DNA from: Eledone cirrhosa
Taxonomy: Eukaryota
Direction: 5' to 3'
Assembly: GCA_964016885.1 (NCBI GenBank)
Contig: OZ024754.1
Location: forward strand, 35,836,001-35,900,000
Length of the DNA stretch: 64,000 nt
Position numbers and translations under genes: made by a program. Positions 12,845 to 32,537 of the stretch are shown here, one piece after another. Each line of letters starts with the position of its first letter. Within the stretch, counting starts at the first letter, position 1. Below the pieces are notes generated by a model. That model worked only from the letters and a program-made list of their open reading frames with translations, was not told the DNA's origin and did not search any database.

Positions 12845-13044
12845 TACACGAGCCCACCCCACTAGTGATTGTGTGTATCTAATAGCCTCACAGCCTCACT
12901 TACCCAATGCTGGGTGGTTTATCTTCTCCCCCTACCACTCCCCACCTCACTACTTACCTAGTCAACCAGGATCAGGTAACAGTGCAAAGATGCTTCTTTG
13001 TTTTTTAGTTGGGTTGAAATACATGCACTCTTGCCCTCTCTCAA

Positions 13045-13073
13045 CACACACACACACGTATATATATACACAG

Positions 13074-13120
<47 letters not shown>

Positions 13121-13236
13121 TATATACACACATATATATATATAGATATACACACATATATATATAGATATACACACATATATATATAGATATATACACA
13201 TATATATATATATATATACACACACACATATATATA

Positions 13237-13282
<46 letters not shown>

Positions 13283-13289
13283 CATATAT

Positions 13290-13322
<33 letters not shown>

Positions 13323-13365
13323 CACATACACACATATATATACACACACATATATATATATACAT

Positions 13366-13404
<39 letters not shown>

Positions 13405-14830
13405 CACACACACACGCACATATATATATATACATACATACACACACATATATATAAAGATAAAATACACATACACACATATGCATATATATATATACAT
13501 ATGCATTATATATATATATATATATATATATGTTTATATATATATGTGTGTGTGTGTGTCATAAATCCACACCACTATTATTATTATTACAACAATAATA
13601 CAACTGTCTCCCCTCACTCCATTATCTCTGTGTGACTATATCTATTGTCTCTGCTACTAACCACTGCCACCATTAACACCACCACCACTACCACCACCAT
13701 TAACACCATCACCACAACTATCACGACTACCACCATCACCATTAACACCACCACCACCACTACCACAACTACCACAACTATCACCACTACCACCACCATC
13801 ACCACTACCACAACTATCACTACTACCACCATCACCACTGCCACCACCATCACCACTACCACAACTATCACTACTACCACCATCACCACTGCCACCACCA
13901 TCACCACTACCACAACTATCACTACTACCACCATCACCACTGCCACCACCATCACCACTACCACAACTATCACTACTACCACCATCACCACTACCACAAC
14001 TATCACTACTACCACCATCACCACTGCCACCACCATCACCACTACTACCACCACCACTACCACAGCTATCACTACCACTGCCATCACTACTACCACTATC
14101 ACCACTGCCATCACCACCACTACCACAGCTATCACTACTACCACCATTCACCACTATCACAACCACCAACCATCTCTACTCCCACTACCCTCCCACATTC
14201 ACTCTTTCCTGTTCTGCACGTGGGACATTATGCATAGTCCCTCAGCAAGACACCCTGTGTCGTATCACTGCTTCCCACACCACCACCGCCATCATCACCA
14301 ACAACACCACCACCGACACTACCACCACCACCACCACAACCATCACCACCACAGCCAACACCACCACAGCCAACACCACCACAGCCAACACCACCACAAC
14401 CAACACCACCACAACCAACACCACCACCAACACTATCACCACCACCACCAACACTATCACCACCACCACCAACACTACCACAACCAACATCACCACCACA
14501 ATCAACACCATCACCACCACTATCACCACCACCACCACACCACCACCACCACAATCAACACCACCACAATCAACTCCACCATCATCACCAACACCACCAA
14601 CAACAACACCACCACCACAACCAACACCACCATCACCAACACTATCACCACCATCACCACCACCACCACAATCAACACCACCACTACCACACCAACACCA
14701 CCACCACAATCAACTCCACCATCATCACCAACACCACCAACATCACCACCACCACAACCAACACCACCACCACCAACAACACCATCACCACCACCACCAC
14801 CACCACACTTCTAACATCACCCCATCACCA
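13045..14830. repeat. (CA)/(TA) microsatellite followed by degenerate (CCA/ACT)n trinucleotide tracts
   Basis: Direct inspection. Confidence 0.9.
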
Positions 14831-15013
14831 CTATCAGCTTTACCGCTGCCTGACAGACATTCAACATTCATAAGCGCGTCCCTTCTTGTGCATAGCGATG
14901 TTTGGCATGATTTTGCACAACTTTAATACACACACATGCACAAGCACATGCATATATGCATGTGTGTGTATATATATATGCATAAATGTGTATCATCATT
15001 TTTACGTCCGCTT

Positions 15014-16590
<1,577 letters not shown>

Positions 16591-16751
16591 GTAAATATAC
16601 ACGGGTGTGTATGATTGTGTATAGAAGATTATATTAATAAGAGGAATTCCAACTTTGTCTGATTTACTCGTTTTATTTACAATCCTTTAAAATATATATA
16701 ATGGTATTATAATGAAATAGTATGATAGAATATTAAATTCTAAGTGTTAAT

Positions 16752-16790
16752 TGAACAAGTACTTTCATGCTTTCGCAATCTTCAGGTTCA
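16752..16790 (-). ncRNA. Minimal type I hammerhead ribozyme in the Penelope pLTR
   Basis: Minus strand: tgaac CTGAAGA t-tgc-gaaa-gca-t GAAA gtac TT gttca; palindromic GTAC stem III; same strand as the ORF. Confidence 0.9.
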
Positions 16791-16852
16791 TGATATGTGG
16801 TGACAGTCGAGTTTGCAATTTTCAACTGTAATGAGATGGGTAAATTTCCTAC

Positions 16853-17000
16853 CTTTTATACATTTTATACAGAGAAAAGTGGCTCCAGAATGCAAAGCCC
16901 TGTAAACTGTATTTCGACCAATCAGTGTGTAGTTTCACTGAATTACTACAGCTGATTGGTTTAAGCGTCACGGCTGGTTGAGCATGCTAACGACCAATAG
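16853..17000 (-). promoter_or_regulatory. Putative pLTR promoter (CCAAT boxes plus TATA)
   Basis: ccaatcag ~16918, ctgattgg ~16952, gaccaatag ~16992; TATAAAAG on minus strand at 16853-16860, ~60 nt upstream of the hammerhead. Confidence 0.5.
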
Positions 17001-17168
17001 TCATATCCAACGTATCAATTGTTTTGCTTTTTTGAAATGATGAAAATAGCATTTTCTATTAATCATCACCATCAACATCACTTTTATTATTATTATTGTT
17101 GTTGTTGTTGTTGTTGTTGTTAGTGGTCGTGGTCATAGTGGTAGTAGAAGTAATACCCCTAGGCGTTA

Positions 17169-20100
17169 TTATTGTTCATTTAGCTTGGGTTTGAATTTAT
17201 CAATAAAATTCTTTTCTTTGATTTTTCTCTTGATTTCATTTGGGCTGTGTAATTTGTAGAATGGGAATATTATAAATATTCCCTGACCACATGTTGCCCA
17301 GGTGGCCGCTTAGGGGTATCTGACGGACATTTGGGTCTCTGATTTGTTGACGGTGTACCCGTGCACGTTCCGATAGTGCATTTCCAGTTTGACCGACATA
17401 TAGTTCTTCACAATTCGGGCATTTAATGCAGTAAATTAGATTTCTGCTTTTGCAGTTCATATTTGCATTTGTGAATATTTTTCCAGTTTTTGTTTTCATA
17501 TATTGACCGGCGTGTATGGATTGACATGTGCCGCATCGATTATCATTGCATTTAGATACAGTGAATGATTGGTCTTTGTTGTTAAGGTCAAACTTTGCTT
17601 TTGTTAGCAATTGCTTCAAATTTTTTGGCTGTCTTTTACTAAGAGTCAAAGATCGATCTGTGATTAAGCCTTTTAATTCATTACTTTGAGCAATGATTGG
17701 TAGGTTTGCTTTGGCAGTGTTGAAGATATTCTGGTGACATGGGTTGTGTGTCATTATAAATGGTATGACCAGTTCTTGGTTTCTTCTTCTTTGGGTTGTT
17801 CTAAGTTGTTGTATAGGTATTTTTATAGCCCGCTGTATGCCATTTTCTATAAGTAGAGATGGGTATTTTTGTTTTGAGCAAAAATTCTCTTAGTTCTGTT
17901 AGGCGTTTGTACCTGGTATTCGTATCTTCTACAATGGTACAAATTCTTCTGGCTAGGCAGTATGGATGTTGCGTTTTGTATGAGGTGGATGGCACGACTT
18001 AAAATTCAGATATTGATGGGTGTCTGTGTGTTTATAATATATATCCGTGGTAATGGTGGTGTCGTTTTTGATTATCATTATATCTAGGAATGGTAATTTG
18101 GTCCTACTCATCTCTTTTGTGAATTGGAGAGATGGGTGTAGGTTATTCAGGAGGATATTGAACTCATCCAGAGTATCTAGAGATTCTGTCCAGATGATGA
18201 AACAGTCGTCAAGGTATCTCTTCCAAGATTTTTCAATGTACTTTCTAAAGTCAGTACTATATTTTTCCTCTATTTCTTGGTAGAGTTGTTGTTCTAAGTA
18301 TCCCATTACAGAGTTCGCGTAAACGGGAGCAAACTTCGTTCCCATCGCTGTGCCTCTAATTTGGATGTAATTCTTTCCATTGAAGAAGAAAGTGTTGTTT
18401 TCCAGAATAAGTTTAACTGCGTCTAATATAAATGGCGCTGTGAATCTAATGGGAATCACTTCTCTGTTTTTCCACCCAGTATTTAACCGCCTTTATTCCT
18501 AAATCATGTGTAATGTTGGTGTAAAGGCTTACCACATCAAAACTGAGTAGAAGTGAATTCGTTTCCGTGGTTTTGGGAAGATGGGACAGGAAGTCGATAT
18601 CATCCCGGATGAAACTGGGTATGTGAATACATAGTGGTTTCAAAATAATGTCAACAAAATTGCTTAGACGGTGAGTGGGGCATGTTGGACCAGCTATAAT
18701 AGGTCTAAGTTTTAAGTCTTTTGGGTGTAATAATTTAATGTACTCACTGTTTTGTTCTCTTACTGCAGTTGTATTTCTTTTGACTTGTGAACTTTCGGTA
18801 GGCCATACAGGTTGCTGGGTTTCGGCTCAAAATTGGTGATGTAGTCTCTTTCCTTATCAGTAAATGAGTTGTGGTATTTTGAAGCCAGGTTGTTGATCTT
18901 CTTCATGATGTTGTGGTCTATATTTGACGGTATTTCATGATAGAATGTTGTGTCTTTCAGTTGTTCCTCAACCAAATCCTTGTAGTATTCAGTATCCATT
19001 ATAACAACTGCACCCCCTTTATCTGCTTGTTTAATTATTATTGTTTTATCATTTTGTATACGTTTAAGTGCAGACATTTCTGATTTGTTAATGTTTGGCC
19101 TAACATTAGTATTATGTCTAAGAGGAAATTTAGACAGGATGTCAATGTATTGGTCGAGATAGATATTTCTTCCTTTTGGCGGAGTGAAATTTGATTTATT
19201 CTTTACTAGTGATTCATCACTCTCATTATTTTTATCAGCGAAGAATTCTACAAGACGTAATTTTCGACAGAATTCTTGGGTATCCTCCTTCAGTTCTTGG
19301 TGGTTGACTGTTGGAGTCGGTGTGAATTTCAGTCCTTTTGACAGAATTTGCATTTCATCATTGTCAAGATCTCTTTTAGATAAATTAATTATTTTAGGAT
19401 CTACGTGTACAGCTGTTTTGGGTATGTTTCCTCCTGGAGTTTTTCTTTTTCCGGTTTTTGTTGTCCTGACGTTAAAAAATGAATTTTTCTCTGTTCAGGA
19501 TTTATATTCCTGTTGGTGTTCGCTTGATGAACTTTTGGTCGTGATATTATATTTGGTTTCGTTATGTATTTTGTCCTATTTTTGGTATTCTGTATATTAT
19601 TTTTCTTCCTGTTAGCATTATTTTTAACAATCTGGGAAAATGACCTAGGTTTGCTTTCAGGTTTAGATCGTTTTTTCGTCCAGTTTCTTGTGGGCAATCT
19701 CTGTTGAGATCTTGAGAGTGATCTGGTTATTCTACGTTTTGTTTCCACATTCCTTGTTGGTAGTCTCTGTTGAGATCATGAGCATGATCTCCTGGTTTTA
19801 CTACTTCTCATGGTCTGGTCAAAGGAATACCTATCGTGTTTGTGCTTTTTGTTCATGTTGTGTGCGATAGGGTGTTTTTGTAGAAAAAGCGAAGAGTTAT
19901 TACCGTAGTTCTTCTTTGATTCAAGATAAGGTGAGTGTTTGTGTTGGCACGTGTTCTGGCGTATGTTGTGTTGATGAGATTGTCCACTTTTAATGCTTTT
20001 TCTCAGGGTTCCAGAGTCTTTACCGTAATTTGCAGCATATTCATCGAGAAATAATTGTTTCTGCTGCCATACCTTTCTTGATTTGTTTTCTTCTTTTGAG

Positions 20101-20424
20101 ATATCTCCGATCCATAGTTCTCGTAGTTTTTCAGCTATAATACCAGTCGTTAGCTTTGAAATTTCAACTTCAATTTGGTCATCAATAGCTTCATATTTGG
20201 CTTTGTAGCGGGATTGTTTACATTCAGAAATGGAGATGTCGGTCCTGAATTTTGTCAATGTAAGTTCCCATCGGAGTTTTGTTTCTTCTTCTGGTTCTCC
20301 TGCAATTTCTGTAATTAGGTATTTACGAGGGAGTATGGGTGCCGTTAGAGAGAGCCATTTCGAATGTGTTTCGACATATTTTTCGCATCTGTATGCTTTC
20401 CAGAAATTTTGTTTTCTTATGTTA
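17169..20424 (-). pseudogene. Penelope-like RT/GIY-YIG polyprotein broken by several frameshifts
   Basis: ORF pieces 19776-20424, 19401-19748, 18760-19353, 18446-18643, 17953-18459, 17801-17995 and 17236-17754 join by frameshifts; restored C-terminus ...KEKNFIDKFKPKLNEQ* with stop at 17169-17171. Confidence 0.9.
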
Positions 20425-25932
<5,508 letters not shown>

Positions 25933-26059
25933 CCATACACATGATTGTTTTGCAGTGAGGAATAAAAGAGCACTAGTCCTGGTGACTAGGTGATGGTGGG
26001 GTATATGCTATGGAGGGGCTAAAGTTTCACACACACACACTTTACATCCGTCAAATCTG

Positions 26060-26425
26060 CCAGATTGAAACGGTGGTTAGTTTGTCATTTAGAGTTCCCT
26101 ACACTATAACAAGGAGCGGACTGGGTGGTATGATGGTAAGACCACTTTGAAACTATAATGAACTCCACATTTGTCATTGATGACAACCTGATGGTGTCCA
26201 TATTCCAATATCCTGAAATACCTGAAATGTCTATTGAACCAGCACTCCAGGAAGTGAAGGGCTCCACCAAGCAAATTTCCTGCAGCAGAGCACCTGGCAA
26301 GGATGTTATTCTACCAGCGATTTATATGTATGGTGGACAAAAGGTGGCTAGAAAACTGCATGAGCTCTTCAAAATAATTTGAAGGGTTGGTGCCGTGTTC
26401 CTCAAGACTACAAGGACACATTCAT
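26060..26425 (+). mobile_element. Decayed RTE-clade LINE ORF fragment (region upstream of RT)
   Basis: HFETIMN...EPALQEVKGSTKQISCSRAPGKDVILPAIYMYGGQKVARKLHELFKII*RVG resembles the KAPGxDGIPAE...LF..IW motif of LINE ORF2. Confidence 0.75.
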
Positions 26426-26434
26426 CAAATACTC

Positions 26435-26568
26435 ATTTTCAGCTGAGTAAACTGGAGCAACGTGAAATAAAGTGTCTTGCTCAAGGAAACAACACATCAC
26501 CCGGTCCGAGAATTGAACTCACAACCTTTTGATTGCAAGCCTACTGCTCTAACCACTAATCCGCCTTC
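26435..26568 (-). mobile_element. SINE-B head
   Basis: Reverse complement of 26967-27100. Confidence 0.8.
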
Positions 26569-26596
26569 ACACACACACATATATACATATATATAT

Positions 26597-26790
26597 ATAG
26601 GAACAAGTATGACCCCGACGGCAGAGCTCAAGCCGTTTCGACGGCTAATTCTGTCCAGAATTAGCCGTCGAAACGGCTTGAGCCCTGCCGTCGAGGTCAT
26701 ACTTCTTCCTATTACCCACTCTACTACCCTAAGTATTGAGTACTTTGGTGCGTTATGGTCCATCTGGTTCCTTACCACATTTCCTTTGTT
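26597..26790. mobile_element. Fold-back module with hammerhead 3' half (family C), next to (TA)n
   Basis: ~57-bp arms around a 2-nt loop (ttctg-tc-cagaa); gtc GAAA cggc-ttgagccct-gccg TC gaggtc; tail shared with 52453-52658. Confidence 0.75.
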
Positions 26791-26966
26791 ATATATATTT
26801 ATTAATCAAAGCTATATTATATATAGCTTTGATTAATAATTATTTGCTTAATTAATTCTTCACTGAGCCACACCGTGAAAGGTTGCCAAACTCATATATG
26901 TATCTGTGACTATGTCTAATTATATATATATACCCCTTCGAATTTAATATATATATATATATATAT

Positions 26967-27310
26967 GGAGGCACATGGCTTAGTGGTTAGAGCATTGGGC
27001 TTGCAATCGAAAGGTTGTGAGTTCAATTCTCAGACCGGGTGATATGTTGTTTCCTTGAGCAAGACACTTTATTTCACATTGCTCCAGTTTATTCAGCTGT
27101 AGAAATGAGATGATAGGGACTGGGGTCCCTATCATTCCACTGCAAAGTGGTCGTGTAGGCGCCACGGCAAAAAAAGCACCCAGCACTCACTGTAAATGAG
27201 GTTGGTGTTAGGAAGGGCATCCAGCTGTAGAAATGAAGCCAGCATCAGTTCCCGTCCCACCCTTGCAAGCAGGGAAAAGCAGACGTATGATGATGATGAT
27301 GATGATGAAT
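26967..27310 (+). mobile_element. tRNA-derived SINE, family B (near full length)
   Basis: ggcttagtggttagagc A-box, gagttcaattc B-box, tccttgagcaagacacttt core, ggttggtgttaggaagggcatccagctgtagaaa, (GAT)n tail. Confidence 0.85.
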
Positions 27311-28084
27311 GATATAGATATAGATATGCATATTGCTTTTTCGATTCTTTTTCAATCCCATTCCTCCTTCATCTTGAGAATTCTTTATTCCCCCCCCCCC
27401 TTCTCCTTCGCCATAATTCCTCATTCCTTATCACCTTCTACCTCTTCCTTCTCCTCACTACGGTCATTGATAGGACACAGTGTTGTGGTGGGATGTGAGC
27501 CATTGTTACTGGGACACAATACCAGAGAGGACAAAGGTTATCTTCAAGATGTAGCTTAGATATGCCTGTGGCTTATTGTGGTGATGGTGGTGCTCGTTGT
27601 AGTGGTGGTGGTGGTAGTGGAATCTTAACTGTATGTGTGAGTGGTGGTAATGATGGTGGTGGGGGATAGTTTGGTTATGCCGGTGGGTTAGTAATCGAGG
27701 GCCTGATGGAGGTAATTGTAATGTTGGTGTTTGGACAAATGGTTGACATAGTAGTGGAAGTAGTGGTGGTAATGGTAGAAGTAATAGTAGTAATAGTGTT
27801 GGTGGTTGTAGTAGTAGTGGTAACAGTGTTGGGCGATGGTTGTTTTTCTTAGTTCACGATTGTGTGGTTGTAATGGTGGCGGCGGCGGAGGTGGTTTTAA
27901 TCACGTGATTGTGGTGATGATGGTCATGGTTGGATTGGTGGAAATGCTGGTAGTGGTGGTGGTATGTCGGTTTGTTTACAGTCTGTGACAAGTTATCGGA
28001 CGGGTAGATGTGGTGGGGGTGAAATCAGTGATGTTAATGGCGATAACGATGCCTGAGAGGAGGAAAATAGACAAGTGGATAGAT

Positions 28085-28635
28085 ATATTTCTTTATTAGC
28101 CACAAGGGCGCGCAAGAAAAGGGGACAATACAAAGACATATGCCGGGGATTTTACATACAATCGTGTAAAAATATAAAACAAACAATTACAACAATCGAA
28201 ATCCCCAATAGGGGGGAGGCGTTACAAATGGGTTGTTTAATACCCCGTAGATAGAACAACCCTCAACTTCAGGAGCGTGTTGTGCAAGTGCTCCCTTCTT
28301 CCTTTTGTTCTCATCTTCAACCTACAGGCTTATAAACAGAGAAGGCCCAATCACTCGGACCATTTTCGCTTCATTCACCCACCTTTCAGTAAATTTACTG
28401 GGGTGCAGTGCCTCTCTCTCCACTCTGATTCTCCTTCTAAAGTGATACCTAAAGAAGGGAATGAGTTGTCCGGGGAGAAGGGCATCTGTCCTCAGTCCTC
28501 TCAATCTCGTCCACCATATAACCTCTTTCACCATAGCCACTGTACAGAGGAAAAAACCGCCTCTCTTTCATTTTTGAAGGAGGTTGGCGGTTTGATCCCT
28601 ACTATGGACTCGGCAGTCAACTGGGTAGATAGACA
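28085..28635 (-). mobile_element. 3' end of an L1/Tx1-like LINE (ORF2 C-terminus plus 3' UTR)
   Basis: MVKEVIWWTRLRGL...FFRYHFRRRIRVERE...KFTERW resembles the K..IW..R...F...W tail of L1/Tx1 ORF2; AATAAA near 28092-28097 (minus); abuts GATA/GACA repeats. Confidence 0.65.
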
Positions 28636-28999
28636 GATAGAAAGATAGGCTGGTAGACAGATAGACATAGATGCAGACAAAGGTAGACTGGTAGACATAG
28701 ATACAGACAGAAAGGTAGACTGGTAGACATAGATACAGATAGACTGGTAGACAGATATACATAGATACAGACTAAGGTAGACTGGTAGACATAGATACAG
28801 ACAGACAGGTAGACAGATAGACATAGATACAGACAAAGGTAGACTGGTAGACATAGATACAGACAGAAAGGTAGACTGGTAGACATAGATGTAGACTGGT
28901 AGACAGACAGGTTGACGGGTAGATAGATAGGCAGACATGTTGACTGGTAGATAGACAGGCAGGCAGGGAGACAGAAAGACTGGCAGACATATATACAAA

Positions 29000-30443
29000 C
29001 AGACAGACGTAAATATATCCATAATTTTAACAATAGACACAGGTAGATATACAGACGGTGACAGATAGACAGGGACACAGACATACAGACAGGGTGACAG
29101 ACAGACAGACGTAAATATAACCATAGTTTTAACAATAGACACAGGTAGATATACAGACGGTGACAGATAGACAGGGACACAGACATACAGACAGGGTGAC
29201 AGACAGACAGACGTAAATATAACCATAGTTTTAACAATAGACACAGGTAGATATACAGACGGTGACAGATAGACAGGGACACAGACATACAGACAGGGTG
29301 ACAGACAGACGTAAATATAACCATAGTTTTAACAATAGACACAGGTAGATATACAGACGGTGACAGATAGACAGGGACACAGACATACAGACAGGGTGAC
29401 AGACAGACAGACGTAAATATAACCATAGTTTTAACAATAGACACAGGTAGATATACAGACGGTGACAGATAGACAGGGACACAGACATACAGACAGGGTG
29501 ACAGACAGACGTAAATATAACCATAGTTTTAACAATAGACACAGGTAGATATACAGACGGTGACAGATAGACAGGGACACAGACATACAGACAGGGTGAC
29601 AGACAGACAGACGTAAATATAACCATAGTTTTAACAATAGACACAGGTAGATATACAGACGGTGACAGATAGACAGGGACACAGACATACAGACAGGGTG
29701 ACAGACAGACGTAAATATAACCATAGTTTTAACAATAGACACAGGTAGATATACAGACGGTGACAGATAGACAGGGACACAGACATACAGACAGGGTGAC
29801 AGACAGACAGACGTAAATATAACCATAGTTTTAACAATAGACACAGGTAGATATACAGACGGTGACAGATAGACAGGGACACAGACATACAGACAGGGTG
29901 ACAGACAGACGTAAATATAACCATAGTTTTAACAATAGACACAGGTAGATATACAGACGGTGACAGATAGACAGGGACACAGACATACAGACAGGGTGAC
30001 AGACAGACAGACGTAAATATAACCATAGTTTTAACAATAGACACAGGTAGATATACAGACGGTGACAGATAGACAGGGACACAGACATACAGACAGGGTG
30101 ACAGACAGACGTAAATATAACCATAGTTTTAACAATAGACACAGGTAGATATACAGACGGTGACAGATAGACAGGGACACAGACATACAGACAGGGTGAC
30201 AGACAGACAGACGTAAATATAACCATAGTTTTAACAATAGACACAGGTAGATATACAGACGGTGACAGATAGACAGGGACACAGACATACAGACAGGGTG
30301 ACAGACAGACGTAAATATAACCATAGTTTTAACAATAGACACAGGTAGATATACAGACGGTGACAGATAGACAGGGACACAGACATACAGACAGGGTGAC
30401 AGACAGACAGACGTAAATATAACCATAGTTTTAACAATAGACA
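29000..30443. repeat. 102/98-bp tandem repeat forming a 200-bp higher-order unit (~14 monomers)
   Basis: gtaaatataaccatagttttaacaatagacacagg... with alternating GACA counts; ORF track repeats every 200 bp. Confidence 0.95.
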
Positions 30444-31064
30444 TATTACATTTAGCTTTCTACAAGAATTCACTTCTCTACATTCCACGGTTAATTAATA
30501 TCTTTCCGATCTAACAACTCCCTCCTCCCCTTCTTTCTCCCTCACTCACACACTCCCCCACCCTCATCATCTTTCCCTTCTCCTCCTTCTCTTCTTTCCC
30601 CCCTCACTCAATCACACACTCCCTCATCATCTGTATCTCCTCTCCCCCCCATTCACACACTCCCCCTCCCTCATCATCTGTATCTCCTCTTCTCCCTCCC
30701 ATTCACACACTCCCCCTCCCTCATCATATTTCCCTTCTCCTCCTACTCTTCCCCCACACACTCCCCCACCCTCATCATCTTTCCCTTCTCCTCCTCCTCC
30801 CCCCTTTCACTCAATCACACACTCCCCCCTCCCTCATCATATTTCCCTTCTCCTCCTACTCTTCTCCCCCCCCTCACTCAATCACACACTCCCCCTCTCT
30901 CATCATCTGTATCTCCTCTCCACCCCCTCTTCTTCAACCACCCTTCTCCTGCTCCCTATTTCTTCCCCTACTCTCCCTCTCCCTCTCTCTCTATCCACCA
31001 TATAGCTTCAGTCACCGCTGGAGATTTTATTATCATCTTGCTTGATGATGTAATGGTGTTGTTG

Positions 31065-31590
31065 GTCAAGAGATTGTGCTGCTGCTGCTGTTGGTGCTGG
31101 TGGTGCTGTTGTTGCTACTGCTGCTGCTGCTGCTGATCCAGCCGATGTTTCCTGCTTTGCTATATTGGTCAAGAGATTGTGCTGCTGTTGGTGGTGCTGG
31201 TGGTGCTGTTGTTGTTGGTGGTGGTGCTGTTGTTGTTACTGCTGCTGGTGCTGCTGTTCCAGCCGATGTTTCCTGCTTTGCTATATTGGTCAAGAGATTG
31301 TGCTGCTGCTGTTGGTGTTGTTGGTGGTGGTGGTGGTGCTGGTGCTGGTGGTGGTGCTGTTGTTGTTACTGCTGCTGCTGCTGCTGTTCCAGCCGATGTT
31401 TCCTGCTTTGCTATATTGGTCAAGAGATTGTGTTGCTGCTGTTGTTGTTGTTGGTGGTGGTGGTGGTGCTGTTGCTGGTGGTGGTGCTGTTGTTGTTACT
31501 GCTGCTGCTGATCCAGCCGATGTTTCCTGCTTTGCTATATTGGTCAAGAGATTGTGCTGCTGCTGTTGTTGTTCCAGCCGATGTTTTCGG
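31065..31590. repeat. Tandem repeat with constant ccagccgatgtttcctgctttgctatattggtcaagagattgtg and variable (TGC/TGG/TGT)n spacers (~5 units)
   Basis: Direct inspection. Confidence 0.85.
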
Positions 31591-31604
31591 CTTTCTATAT
31601 AGAC

Positions 31605-32497
31605 CAGACATGGGCAACCTTTTTCGAGAAGCGGGCCGCATGAGATATGGCTCATCATCATCAGGGGGGCCGCATGAGATATGGCTCATCATCATCAGGC
31701 GGGCCGCATGAGATATGGCTCATCATCATCAGGGGGGCCGCATGAGATATGGCTCATCATCATCAGGCGGGCCGCATGAGATATGGCTCATCATCATCAG
31801 GGGGGCCGCATGAGATATGGCTCATCATCATCAGGGGGGCCGCATGAGATATGGCTCATCATCATCAGGCGGGCCGCATGAGATATGGCTCATCATCAGG
31901 GGGGCCGCATGAGATATGGCTCATCATCATCAGGGGGGCCGCATGAGATATGGCTCATCATCAGGGGGGCCGCATGAGATATGACTCATCATCAGGCGGG
32001 CCGCATGAGATATGGCTGATCATCAGGCGGGCCGCATGAGATATGGCTCATCATCATCAGGGGGCCGCATGAGATATGGCTCATCATCATCAGGGGGCCG
32101 CATGAGATATGGCTCATCATCAGGCGGGCCGCATGAGATATGGCTCATCATCATCAGGGGGGCCGCATGAGATATGGCTCATCATCATCAGGGGGGCCGC
32201 ATGAGATATGGCTCATCATCAGGCGGGCATCATGAGATATGACTCATCATCAGGCGGGCCGCATGAGATATGACTCATCATCAGGGGGGCCGCAAGTGCT
32301 AATTTAAATTCGTGCCCACATTTAAAAAAAAGGGCAGTAACTCAGGTTGTTTTGATTTGTTTCTTAGGAATTCGTAAAATGATAGAAAGATAAATTACGA
32401 CTGAAATGTTGAGGTAAAAAAAAAATGAAAGATTTCACTTAGGTGACTTAGGCGAGCTATTCAGAAAGCTTCGTGAGCCACACATTGCCCATGACTG
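31605..32497. mobile_element. Non-autonomous hAT element with internal 34/31-bp satellite
   Basis: TIRs cagacatgggcaa / ttgcccatgactg; perfect 8-bp TSD atatagac (31597-31604 and 32498-32505). Confidence 0.9.
31631..32295. repeat. 34/31-bp minisatellite, ~20 copies
   Basis: ccgcatgagatatggctcatcat(cat)cagg(g/c)ggg. Confidence 0.95.
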
Positions 32498-32537
32498 ATA
32501 TAGACCATAGTCTATTTCATGCCAGTACGTTTTGAGT

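Larger units (their letters stand above)
16600..20424 (-). mobile_element. Penelope-like retroelement (Neptune-like: RT, Cys linker, C-terminal GIY-YIG), 5'-truncated, with 3' pLTR
   Basis: Motifs LSKGLKFTPTP, IIIKQADKGGAVVIMD, LYGLPKVHK, LRPIIAGP, SFDVVSLYTNI, GTAMGTKFAPVYAN, RYLDDCF, LPFLD, YYKHTDTHQYLNFKSCHP; linker CNDNRCGTC; nuclease NLIYCIKCPNCEELYVGQT; hammerhead in 3' region. Confidence 0.95.

Noticed and set aside
11783-12865. Pro-rich 360-aa repetitive ORF
   Set aside because: The 41-bp unit is not a multiple of 3 and several frames are open by composition; this is a minisatellite.
26967-27040. tRNA gene-like sequence
   Set aside because: It is a SINE head, continuing into the SINE core and tail and present in several diverged copies.
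31065-31590. Constant repeat with variable spacers (CRISPR-like)
   Set aside because: Spacers are related trinucleotide microsatellites; eukaryotic context; no cas genes.
31631-32295. CTGATGA plus hairpin in each satellite unit on the minus strand (tandem hammerhead satellite?)
   Set aside because: No GAAA or stem III follows; the motif arises from (CAT)n-CAG.
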